From: a virus
Lineage: Duplodnaviria > Caudoviricetes
IMG/VR virus record: IMGVR_UViG_3300038379_000594
Coordinates: 1-37,036 of that record
Reading direction: 5' to 3' (one strand)
Length of the DNA stretch: 37,036 nucleotides
Shown: piece after piece, positions 24,701 to 33,080 of the stretch
How the letters are laid out: each line of letters opens with the position of its first letter
How positions within the stretch are numbered: position 1 is the stretch's first letter
Position numbers and translations under genes: made by a program
The notes under the pieces: model-generated
Told to the model about the DNA's origin: nothing
Databases searched by the model: none
Seen by the model: the letters and a program-made list of their open reading frames with translations, nothing else

Positions 24701-26693
24701 GGGGGTTGGGGCACTAAACGGCGCAGTAGGTGCGGTGGGTGGGCTACTAGCTGTAATTTTCAAACTGCCAGAGATTTTGAAGTCCGTTTCAGGAATTTTA
24801 AACCAGATCACAGATTGGCCTAAAGCTCTTATCGAAGCTTCAGAAGAAGTGTTGAGCTCCTTCACTAATCTAGTAAGAAACTTCTTAGGGAATGTCATTG
24901 ATCAAGTAGGAAATAGTATTGATGCTGCAGTGGATTTCCAAGAAAGACTACCAGAAGCTCTAAGTGAAGGACTTAAAAAATTCATAGATGCCTTAGTCAA
25001 GCTGTTTGATAAATTGCCTGAGATGGTCCAACGAGTAGCTAAAAATGCGATCACCTTCTTACCTAAATTAACTCTTTCGATAGTGAAAGGTGCGGTAAAA
25101 CTTGTATCGATGCTGGTCAAGACATTACCAAAACTTATACCAGAGATAATAGTTTCGGTAGTTGACGGGACCATCGAAGCGATCAAAGAATTGCTCAATG
25201 AACTGTTTAAGATCTTCGGAGGTAAGGCAATATTTAATCTCGGTAAAGGAATTGAGGAAGGTGCGAATAAAGCCGTCAAAACCCTTACCGGTGTGTCAGA
25301 ACAGCTCTTCACTGTTCGAGATGCCACGAAAGAAGCTCAAGGGTTGGATATAGCGGACAAGATAGCAAAGGCTATAACCTCCAGCGGGAACCGTGCGGCG
25401 GCTTTTTTAATTAGGGCTTGGAAGTTGATCGAAGGATTCTTAGTCAAAACTTGGCATTTTCTTCTGGATTTACTATCCAAAGCTTGGCTAGGTATTATCG
25501 AGGGTCTAACTTTCTTGTTTGACGGTGTGGTACAAGCTTTCAAATGGGTTTTTGAGGATGTTCTATCTCCAATATTTAACGGAATATTAGAGGGATTAAA
25601 AGGCGCCTGGGAGATTCTGAAATCAGTGGGTGAAGGTCTTGTAATAGCTTTAGGTGCTTTGTGGGAGGCACTAAAAACCATCGGACAAGGCCTGGCGGAT
25701 CTTTTGGGTGAAGCGTGGAAAGGTCTAGAGCAAGTAGGCGTATTAGTGTCGGGCTTGTTCAGCAAGGCCTTCGAGGCACTACTTACGGTAGTAAACAAAG
25801 GCGCCGAGGTATTAACAGCCGCCTTAAATTTAATTTTTGAAGGGCTCAAAAAGACTTGGGAGTCCTTAGGTACAATCTGGAACACTCTTAAAGATATTGG
25901 TAGACCAATCCTAGACGGTCTGAAGAGTTTATTTGACGGACTATCAGGTATCTTCGATACAGCGACCAAACCCTTAAGGGACTTGTTTTCCGGCCTTAAG
26001 AATTTATTCGTTGAATCCATAAAACCCTTGACCGATCTGTTTGGAGGGCTAAAGGAGACATTCTCTGGAGCTATAGCGCCGGTGAGAGATATCTTTCAAG
26101 GCTCGGCAAGATTCTTTGAAAATATTTTCAAGGGATTAAAAGGGATATTGAATCTAGACTTCACTGAAGCGGGCAAAGGTTTCAGTGAAGCTCTCACTTC
26201 AGGGCTTAAAGATAGTGCGAATTTGTTCATTAAGATCGCAAATGGATTTATTGAAACTATAAACAAACTGAAGATTCCTGCGTTAGATTTTGATTTTAGC
26301 ATTTTGGGTAAAAGAGTTTCGGGGAGGATTTGGGGGGACATAGATTTAATTCCTGGGGATATCGAGAAGTTTGCGGAGTTTAATTCTGGGGGTTTAGTGC
26401 CCGGTTCTGGGAGTACTGATTCAGTACCGTCCCTGTTAACCCCAGGTGAATTCGTAATAAATAAAAATTCAGCGAATTCGCTAGGTTCTGGTGTTTTAGC
26501 TAGTCTCAATAAAGGAATCATGCCACAATCGAACGTCAATCAAAATTTTGAAGTCAGGGTTGAGATTAATACAACCCAACCGTTAGACGCGGACGTAATA
26601 CGGACAAAAATTGTCCCGCAGATGATGGGTGAGATCAAGAAGCAAAGTTTACGTGGCCATTTTGTTTTGAGCGATAAAGGTACAAGATCATGA
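21723..26693 (+). CDS. tape measure protein
   Basis: 1656 aa, helical, with hydrophobic segments, ~11-residue W/F repeats and C-terminal FNSGGLVPG...DSVPSLLTPGEFVI; AGGAGG RBS. Confidence 0.95.
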   Translation: MAVSEELLIKVKVNSGDSSKSLSQLQKELKELGSADEEILKAALALESMNAETIRINQEVGKLDKEVVSAGASLGKFFQTVNDMTLEMQHNVEATNILTAAFKTIGTIGFGEKFGKGLIGTTLAADVAATVLTVLGKSAENAESNLLGILAGASLVAGFLLGQFSSAVLHAINLLSDLAISIGVTLYNSMRKFETVFTKLDKTIHQFQFGVKNFADSTDGASGSLENWEKVVENLTETTAFSLADISKAVKILVAEGSAIGLEYSQQFELLTRATDIASFHSRDLTDTLLALVSGLTGNSSAVIALGIDLRELALTQNLMSEASDKSLDNMSDLQKTQLRYNQIMKKTSPIIGSAAEELRTFDGRVAQVNKTVELIQSKIGQMGVLYRFIIDIVQKTTLAILKLPDPILKMVGTFTDFGSVILIVGGYLLKYLSAITLLIGGFDILNKVIKFTSANSKSLGGEFLRQEGIKSLSDLLSVFGKGFKTSIADVLSRFANLDKISKGLKATLISLAAGLLGFFQQVVTFGGKAIVILAPIAAKLTLLFLLVTATSKAMGEIVGEVSIVSDAISDFSKSLDNVSEGLGHAAEVSKDFGKSLKSNILPFVNLVLDKIAKIVKVLILGFGTAASVLSYFGSVILKVGFFLTESTPSLDKFIRKSEFAMASLSKSVKDVIDSFLEYDKKIIESEKLGASFFSKTQKKLSLGEVELDVLNFNKIEIFGDEFEKAIGKAQKSLTEFNREKDKFDRANAESSQEAIDLLKKVKDSREESYKLFFSGQKQLIDLEKNWREELSKTEVELLKASGEERKALQLSIELNKKKFDLEVKNLKHAENVFFGGQTRITALSKKFRENLELELKLFDLRKKQEALKKIDDERIKVLDDLKSRYKSLSQSIIDLEKEASSQGKSTSENLQYGYQLQLESLEVEREKLRVAGLLDKKIGEEIDKLKSLHGKEFELKIKAAESSKNFFTSEGLQDIQNVLGVSTKNFASVLGKGVGALNGAVGAVGGLLAVIFKLPEILKSVSGILNQITDWPKALIEASEEVLSSFTNLVRNFLGNVIDQVGNSIDAAVDFQERLPEALSEGLKKFIDALVKLFDKLPEMVQRVAKNAITFLPKLTLSIVKGAVKLVSMLVKTLPKLIPEIIVSVVDGTIEAIKELLNELFKIFGGKAIFNLGKGIEEGANKAVKTLTGVSEQLFTVRDATKEAQGLDIADKIAKAITSSGNRAAAFLIRAWKLIEGFLVKTWHFLLDLLSKAWLGIIEGLTFLFDGVVQAFKWVFEDVLSPIFNGILEGLKGAWEILKSVGEGLVIALGALWEALKTIGQGLADLLGEAWKGLEQVGVLVSGLFSKAFEALLTVVNKGAEVLTAALNLIFEGLKKTWESLGTIWNTLKDIGRPILDGLKSLFDGLSGIFDTATKPLRDLFSGLKNLFVESIKPLTDLFGGLKETFSGAIAPVRDIFQGSARFFENIFKGLKGILNLDFTEAGKGFSEALTSGLKDSANLFIKIANGFIETINKLKIPALDFDFSILGKRVSGRIWGDIDLIPGDIEKFAEFNSGGLVPGSGSTDSVPSLLTPGEFVINKNSANSLGSGVLASLNKGIMPQSNVNQNFEVRVEINTTQPLDADVIRTKIVPQMMGEIKKQSLRGHFVLSDKGTRS

Positions 26694-28114
26694 CCATAGC
26701 TGTCTACACAGACCTGGGGGATTATCTAGAAGACGACTATTTGTCGGGACCTTACTTATCCCCAAGTCGTGTAGGCTACATGGGCTGTCAAATCCTTTTC
26801 ATCACCTCTAACACCCATGAAGCTGGTTTACAGACTAAATTCCAAATTGTTGACCATACCGATGAATACGGCAATCAAATAAATTTTGTAATTGCCGAAG
26901 ACGATGTTTCAGGGCAACAAACTCAATTTTTAATCACTGAAACTGCTCCTTTCGCTATCCAATCTAACTTTAGCATTGTAGATCACATTGAAAGTTACGG
27001 CTTACAGACCAATTTTGTAATCGCTGACGTAGACAACAGATACGGAATGCAAAGTAACCTTGTAATCTTAGACGTAAACAATCGCTACGGAACCCAGAGT
27101 AATTTTGTAATCTCGGACATCAACAATCGATACGGGATGCAAACCAATATTGTAATCTCAGATATTAACAACCGTTACGGACTACAAAGCAAATTCATAA
27201 TCTTGGACAGCGACAATCGTTATGGGTTTCAATTCATCGCGGTAAATTCTGAGATTGCAGCGTTTCAGGCTTTGATAACACTCTACAATACAGATTTACT
27301 ACGGATACTATGCGACTTCCCGAGCCGAGGCACTCCAGGGCAAGCTGGAAATTCTTGGACTGCAAATAGTACAGAGCCAGGGGACTTCAACGCTAACAAC
27401 CTAAACACGGATATTGTAGAACAAATTTGGCGTTCGACTCTTGGGACCGTCACAGGTGTCACTTTGACGTGTGACACAGGACTGCCACAAGGTGTATTCT
27501 TGGACACTTTCGCTGCTCTTAACCACAATCTAACTACATCGGCCCTAGTGACTCTAGTGGGAGCAACAGACTCAGGATTTACAAATATCGTAGTTAGTTT
27601 GGTACTAGAGGTCACTGAAGAGAACTTCTATTACATAGCACCTTTGATTCCGGATGTTTCAGCAAGATATTGGCGTGTAAATATCGACGATGCCGCTAAC
27701 CCTGATAATTTTATCTCAATCGGGACGATCGTTTTTGGAGCTTCAAAAGTCTTCATAGGAGAATGCTTTGTAGACGAGATACCTTTCCAAATCCAGGATT
27801 TTGCCGATCGTGTTGGTACTGAGGGCCATACGAACGTGTCTAATAGCCGGGCGATAAAGCGTAGAGTTGAGTTGGAGTTTAGAAGTATTGATTTCAACAA
27901 AAGGAATTTTGGGATTATGCGTTCGATGTTTAAGGAACGTAGGACAGTAAATAAGTGTCTCTGGATTCCAACACCTTCACCAGACGATCAGAAAGTAACG
28001 GACCGATTCGCAGTGTTTGGAAAAATGGAATCTATACCCACTGAGAGACACAACAACAGGGGAGCTGATGCAGATTACGTAAATTTCACTGTAGTCGTGG
28101 ATGAGAGTTTATAA
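26690..28114 (+). CDS. tail-tip (distal tail-like) protein with N-terminal repeats
   Basis: Directly after the TMP; NHNL and ARYWRV galactose-binding-like motifs; ends FTVVVDESL. Confidence 0.65.
   Translation: MTIAVYTDLGDYLEDDYLSGPYLSPSRVGYMGCQILFITSNTHEAGLQTKFQIVDHTDEYGNQINFVIAEDDVSGQQTQFLITETAPFAIQSNFSIVDHIESYGLQTNFVIADVDNRYGMQSNLVILDVNNRYGTQSNFVISDINNRYGMQTNIVISDINNRYGLQSKFIILDSDNRYGFQFIAVNSEIAAFQALITLYNTDLLRILCDFPSRGTPGQAGNSWTANSTEPGDFNANNLNTDIVEQIWRSTLGTVTGVTLTCDTGLPQGVFLDTFAALNHNLTTSALVTLVGATDSGFTNIVVSLVLEVTEENFYYIAPLIPDVSARYWRVNIDDAANPDNFISIGTIVFGASKVFIGECFVDEIPFQIQDFADRVGTEGHTNVSNSRAIKRRVELEFRSIDFNKRNFGIMRSMFKERRTVNKCLWIPTPSPDDQKVTDRFAVFGKMESIPTERHNNRGADADYVNFTVVVDESL
26820..27235 (+). 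repeat. coding tandem repeat, ~45 nt / 15 aa unit
   Basis: YGLQTNFVIADVDNR, YGMQSNLVILDVNNR, YGTQSNFVISDINNR, YGMQTNIVISDINNR, YGLQSKFIILDSDNR, plus ~4 degenerate upstream copies. Confidence 0.85.
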
Positions 28115-29820
28115 TGAGTTCTTCAGACAGACAACCGCACCTTACTGCGACTGTGTTAGACCAAGCATTACTTGATGCTTGCCACGATAATTTGAATTGT
28201 CAGTTAGAAATGGCGGTAGATATTCAAACTCCTACGGGTTTTATTCGAGCTTCTGATCGTAACAAATATATCGGAGGAGTGTTTTACGAAGCTCTTCTAA
28301 ACTTCCCGGTAATTCAAAGAACAATCGGCGACTGGCTTGCGGGGGAATTGGAATTTTCTAGTTTAGAATTGGAGCTATCCAATGTTGACGGAAGATTTAA
28401 TAATTTTCTGCCTGGTGGCGCTAATTTTGGTGGGTGGATTGGTAAGACTGTGGAGGTGAAGATCGGTCTTAGAGATGTCGCGTCAACTTATAAAACTATC
28501 TTCTCGGGGTTTGTAAGCGACGTAGGAGGATTCGGTAGGACGGTAAAGACGATAAGAATTAGCGCTCGGGATAAATTTGACAAGATCAACGTCAGTTTTC
28601 CTCCAGCAGTTTTCACATCTACGACATTCCCAGACATTGATAACGATGTTGCGGGTCTTGGTGTACCTGTAATTTACGGGGATTGGACGGTCGAGGTTAA
28701 TCCTGGGGGGAGTGTACCTGCGTTCCCAGTGAATGGGGCAGATCCGGACGTAAACGGTAACTCGAGTCATACCAACAATGTCCAATTAAGAATATCGGAC
28801 AACTCTTTAACCTTATTTGACAACACTACCGTTCATTTAAAGAGAGGTGACGTTTATTTCTTATTCGCAAGTGCCGACATAACTAACGTGCCTCTATCCA
28901 ACAATGCATTTGAGATTATCCAAAATGGTGTAACACTAGTAGAGGGTAATCCCTACGAGTATGATTCGGGCGATTCTTTCTTTGTAAAAGTAAAAGGCAA
29001 GGATTTAGGTTCTTACGATGACAACATCGTAGAAATAGCTCGGGATATTCTGATGACTTACGGGGGCCTAACTCCCCCCGACTTTGACTCTTCTTGGAAC
29101 ACGGTCAGGGATAAAAATTCCCCAGTAGAATCTGCGATAGTAAATTTCAAATCAAGAGTATGGCTGCAAGAAGCTCAGCCGTGCTTAACTTTCGCCTTAT
29201 CTCTTTTAGAACAAGTAAGGTGTGAGGTATTCGTAGATCGTAATCTAAAATTCAAAATATCCACTTTGCATTTGGATAGTTTAGATCCTTCACCTAGCTA
29301 TAGAATCCGTAACTGGGATGTAGTGAAAGATTCTTTTTCACCCCACCTCGACGAAAGAAACAATTTTAATAGGGTTCAAGGGGTTTACAGTTTTCTACCC
29401 GATCTAAATGAGAACTCGCGGAAGACACCGATACATAGGAATTCCGCCGCCGTAAATCAGGCGGGGAAGGAAATATTTAAAGAGATAGTATTCCCAAATC
29501 TTTATGAGGAGTTTGTCGTAATAAATCAATTGAAGGAGATGTTGCGTTTAGCTTCTGCCTATTTAGAAATTATTGACGTTGAGTTGACTTGGCGTTCAGT
29601 ATTGCTAGACATTTCAGACATGGTTAAACTTAACGTACAAATTGGTAGTAGTATTTACTCAGACGTGCCGTGTTTAGTAAGACAAGTCGGATACGATCCA
29701 GCAGGCTTAAAAATACCTGCTACAATTTGGTCTTTTCAGATGGTTCCATTCCCTGGTTGGTCGCCAGGGTATACAGGTATAACTGGCGGAACTACCGCCG
29801 TAATAACACAAGAGAGTTAA
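28114..29820 (+). CDS. baseplate hub / tail-tip protein
   Basis: LELSNVDGRF, IFSGFV, ARDKF, VPVIYG, LDISDMV motifs; synteny. Confidence 0.7.
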   Translation: MSSSDRQPHLTATVLDQALLDACHDNLNCQLEMAVDIQTPTGFIRASDRNKYIGGVFYEALLNFPVIQRTIGDWLAGELEFSSLELELSNVDGRFNNFLPGGANFGGWIGKTVEVKIGLRDVASTYKTIFSGFVSDVGGFGRTVKTIRISARDKFDKINVSFPPAVFTSTTFPDIDNDVAGLGVPVIYGDWTVEVNPGGSVPAFPVNGADPDVNGNSSHTNNVQLRISDNSLTLFDNTTVHLKRGDVYFLFASADITNVPLSNNAFEIIQNGVTLVEGNPYEYDSGDSFFVKVKGKDLGSYDDNIVEIARDILMTYGGLTPPDFDSSWNTVRDKNSPVESAIVNFKSRVWLQEAQPCLTFALSLLEQVRCEVFVDRNLKFKISTLHLDSLDPSPSYRIRNWDVVKDSFSPHLDERNNFNRVQGVYSFLPDLNENSRKTPIHRNSAAVNQAGKEIFKEIVFPNLYEEFVVINQLKEMLRLASAYLEIIDVELTWRSVLLDISDMVKLNVQIGSSIYSDVPCLVRQVGYDPAGLKIPATIWSFQMVPFPGWSPGYTGITGGTTAVITQES

Positions 29821-29831
29821 GGAGTTTCGGA

Positions 29832-30503
29832 ATGGCGGTAAATTTAACTTTGTCTGAGACTTTAGGCGGTAGTGCAATTGCTGATGCATTATCGGGAGGA
29901 GGAACAGGTTTAGATTTTGGTTCGGTACAGAACGGAAAGTATGCTCCACTAGTGAATCAAGCATTAAATCAGGGGTTTCAGAGTCTATATATTAGGCACG
30001 ACGCGGCTATAGATCCAATTACAGATGTGAAATTCTTCATAGATGCTTATAGCACTACTGGGTTTACTTATGGTGGTGCTCAATCTTCCGCTATTGATTA
30101 CACGACGATGAAATCTTTGGGCTCAGCTTCCGGAACATCAAAAAACAACCTTGACGGGTTATCCGGTGGTCTCTGGATTGATATGGATGCTGCTCAACGA
30201 TTGGGGGCTAACGACACCACGAGATTTGATATTGCTTCAAGACCGACCAACGTTAAAATTTTCGGCGATAACGGTACAGACGGACAAGATTTAGCGTCCG
30301 CATTTCTACTGCAGTCCGAGAGTTTGGTGAACGCTGGCCATGCGACACCGTCGGCACCTGTAGATGGTCAAATAGGTAAATCTTTGGATACTGTGAGAGG
30401 AGATAGTGCTTTAGTCCTTCTACGTGTTTATCTTCCTACCGCTCATCCGGACGGGGGGATAGTGCAATGGGCTTTTGCGGTAGTATACTCTTTCACAGCG
30501 TAG
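29832..30503 (+). CDS. putative tail structural protein
   Basis: AAGGAG RBS before MAVNLTLS; Gly/Ala/Ser-rich; has its own terminator. Confidence 0.65.
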   Translation: MAVNLTLSETLGGSAIADALSGGGTGLDFGSVQNGKYAPLVNQALNQGFQSLYIRHDAAIDPITDVKFFIDAYSTTGFTYGGAQSSAIDYTTMKSLGSASGTSKNNLDGLSGGLWIDMDAAQRLGANDTTRFDIASRPTNVKIFGDNGTDGQDLASAFLLQSESLVNAGHATPSAPVDGQIGKSLDTVRGDSALVLLRVYLPTAHPDGGIVQWAFAVVYSFTA

Positions 30504-30525
30504 GGTAGTCCATAGCATCGCTGCA

Positions 30526-30562
30526 TGTAAACCCTCTTCGAAAGGGGGGTTTACAATTTTTT
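30526..30562 (+). terminator. rho-independent terminator
   Basis: TGTAAACCCTCT...GGGGGGTTTACA stem followed by a T run. Confidence 0.8.
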
Positions 30563-30578
30563 AAAGGGTGACATTTTT

Positions 30579-30998
30579 ATGATTCAGCAAGATGTAAAAT
30601 TTATTCCTTACCGCTTTGAAATACGTTGGGGTTTTGATTATCAAGACGGAAGACAAAGATTCGGGGAGTGGACAAGACCTGGGGGGACTGAAGCTACTAG
30701 GGCTTATTCTCAAGACTTAAAAACCGCCAATATGGCTTTTATCGAAGTGAAGAATAGGGAGACACGAGAGATACTAAGGATAGCTGGGTGCCTAATTCGT
30801 GATTATGTAAGATTCCAGTGGGTTTCAACTGTTCCGGTAGGTTTTAAAGAAGAAAGTGGGATGATGAAAGTTCAAACAGGTACATATTCAGGTTCAGTCC
30901 AGGGGCTCACACTAGTTACTACAGACAAAAAATTCACACAATATATTGATGGAAGTTGCAAGATGGAAGAAACAGGAGGTGCAAATGCGGTACATTAA
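30579..30998 (+). CDS. hypothetical protein
   Basis: ORF with AGGG RBS, overlapping the next start. Confidence 0.65.
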   Translation: MIQQDVKFIPYRFEIRWGFDYQDGRQRFGEWTRPGGTEATRAYSQDLKTANMAFIEVKNRETREILRIAGCLIRDYVRFQWVSTVPVGFKEESGMMKVQTGTYSGSVQGLTLVTTDKKFTQYIDGSCKMEETGGANAVH

Positions 30999-33075
30999 GT
31001 TTTTAGCATTTATTGCCAGTTTATTTATTCAGGATGCTTCTTACTCTGTGGTTATTTCTCGATCTGACCTAGACCATCCTGCTTTAGGTACTTCGGGAGG
31101 CGCTGCGTTGCATACGCAAATCCAAGCGATTTACCAACAACTCGGTGATCAAGATAATAGCAGATACAAAGTTTACACATCTATAGCTAACTCTACTCTT
31201 AGCACCTACAAGCACAATTTCGGTGTAGCTTTTGAGGATTTAAAAGTATACATCTACACGGGTACTACGGGCAACTTAACTAGAGTTGCAAACCCAGGTC
31301 TTTCCGGATGGACTATAGTAGCAAACGGTGTAAACCAAAAAACTGAAATCGATGTCACGACGCCTAGCTCAGGCGGGCCACACACATTTGTCGTCATAGT
31401 CGTGCATACTCCGGAATCAGGTGTAACACTTCCTGAACGGACTGTAGGTACTGTGGGTGCTTTATCTAATGCTCAGGGGGCACTCGTAGACTCTTTATTC
31501 CCAGTAGCAGCTAACGTCCGCTACTTCCACTTGGACGCTTTTGAAAGTCCGGTTCTTGAGGAAGGGTCGAGGGGCAATAATTTACAAACCAACGGTCTTT
31601 CGTCTTCGAATTGGAGTGGTAAGGGATTTTTTGATAGAGAATCGGTATTAACTCTGGATGGTGTAGACGATTTCGTCTACAACGATGAAGCCCATTACGA
31701 CTCAACAGTTTACGAGAGTTACGGTTTGTGGGTGAAGATATTCGGATTTGGAACTAACCAAGCGATTTTCTCTTCCGGTCCCAGTGATCAGAATAGAAAA
31801 TTTCGAGTATTAACTGATGGGACTCTCCAATTTTTTCGTGGATGCACTACTACACATTTCGATTTTAGACATTTTATACCTCCATCATGGTTAGGTAAGT
31901 GGGTTCATCTGGCTATGACGGTATCTGGAAGTACAAGTCCGGAAATAAAAGTTTACATCAATGGGGACCTAACTTTTAAGGGTTCATGTACCGGTTCGGT
32001 ACACACTAACTCTGCCTCATTTCGTCAAACAAATATCGGTGCGATAGACACGCCCTCCCAATCGCCTACAGAATATTTTAAGGGTGAGGTACAAGATTTC
32101 TTTTTCTATGGGGATCCTGGAGCTACTACTGTACTGACGGAATCTGAGATTAAAGCAATTTACTCTCGTAGATTCACAAATACTGATCAACTAGCCGGGG
32201 GGCATGTTTTAGATGCGGACAGTTTCAATTTCTCTCCTTTAGTGGGGAAAGTTTATTTTTGGAACTTAAACGCAGACTCTTTAGATGATTCCGGGAACGG
32301 TGAAAATCTAACAAATTTGAACTCCACGCCTTTTACCGGGTTGAATATCTTCGGTATATCTGGCGCTGCGAGTTTAGACGGAGTTAATCAGCGTTTTGAA
32401 AGCACTTCTGCAGCTTTAAATCCTGGTACTGGCCACCAGACAGTTGGTGGGTGGTTTAAGTCAAGGTATTGGTATAATGCGACTGTTAACACTAACAGAG
32501 CTTTGATTTGGATCGGTAACGGGAACGACTTCACCGATTCGATACAGCTTTTTACTGCTTCCGGTGACGGGGGTATTTTATGCAGGATCGGTGTCGGGAG
32601 TAATGTAAACGATCACCATATCTACTTATCTCCCTTAGAGATCATTGAAGGATCTTGGGTGCACGTGGCTTGCAGATACGACCCCACAAGACTGACCACG
32701 GACATTTTTATAAATGGGGATTTAGTTAGTTCCCAGCAATCCAGTTTGCCTATCACTAACCCTTCAAATTACTTTGTGGTGGGGGCAAGAAGGTCTGGAG
32801 GATCTTTACCTTTTGAGGGCCAAATCGAACAAGTTTTCTTAGCGAAAAGGTTTTTAACGGATGCTGAGATAAAAAAGATCGCCGGATCTAAAATTGTTCA
32901 CTCAGGTTCTGTTAAGACGCATTCTTCTTGGGTCAATACGATTAGAACAGAAGATAAAGACAATACAATCTCTCTGCCCTTCGCCGGTGTGTTAGACTCT
33001 AGATCTTCGAAACTGTTCGGTTCATGGTCTGATATAGATGCTGGAAATTTATTAAATCTCTCAAATAGGGAGTAA
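30985..33075 (+). CDS. tandem LamG/ConA-like domain fibre or receptor-binding protein with signal peptide
   Basis: AGGAGGT RBS before MRYIKFLAF. Two LamG repeats: LDGVDD...WVK...WVHLAMT...YING...FKGEV and LDGVNQ...WFK...WVHVAC...FING...FEGQI. Confidence 0.8.
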   Translation: MRYIKFLAFIASLFIQDASYSVVISRSDLDHPALGTSGGAALHTQIQAIYQQLGDQDNSRYKVYTSIANSTLSTYKHNFGVAFEDLKVYIYTGTTGNLTRVANPGLSGWTIVANGVNQKTEIDVTTPSSGGPHTFVVIVVHTPESGVTLPERTVGTVGALSNAQGALVDSLFPVAANVRYFHLDAFESPVLEEGSRGNNLQTNGLSSSNWSGKGFFDRESVLTLDGVDDFVYNDEAHYDSTVYESYGLWVKIFGFGTNQAIFSSGPSDQNRKFRVLTDGTLQFFRGCTTTHFDFRHFIPPSWLGKWVHLAMTVSGSTSPEIKVYINGDLTFKGSCTGSVHTNSASFRQTNIGAIDTPSQSPTEYFKGEVQDFFFYGDPGATTVLTESEIKAIYSRRFTNTDQLAGGHVLDADSFNFSPLVGKVYFWNLNADSLDDSGNGENLTNLNSTPFTGLNIFGISGAASLDGVNQRFESTSAALNPGTGHQTVGGWFKSRYWYNATVNTNRALIWIGNGNDFTDSIQLFTASGDGGILCRIGVGSNVNDHHIYLSPLEIIEGSWVHVACRYDPTRLTTDIFINGDLVSSQQSSLPITNPSNYFVVGARRSGGSLPFEGQIEQVFLAKRFLTDAEIKKIAGSKIVHSGSVKTHSSWVNTIRTEDKDNTISLPFAGVLDSRSSKLFGSWSDIDAGNLLNLSNRE

Positions 33076-33080
33076 CACTG

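Noticed and set aside
21956-26539. Multiple minus-strand ORFs within the tape measure gene
   Set aside because: Antisense shadows of a long biased ORF, with no independent signals
26990-27235. 45 nt repeats as a CRISPR array or DGR template/variable repeat
   Set aside because: No spacers; differences are not adenine-specific; no cas or reverse transcriptase gene in the window
29670-29831. Upstream extension of the 29670..30503 ORF
   Set aside because: Overlaps the hub gene; the RBS supports ATG 29832
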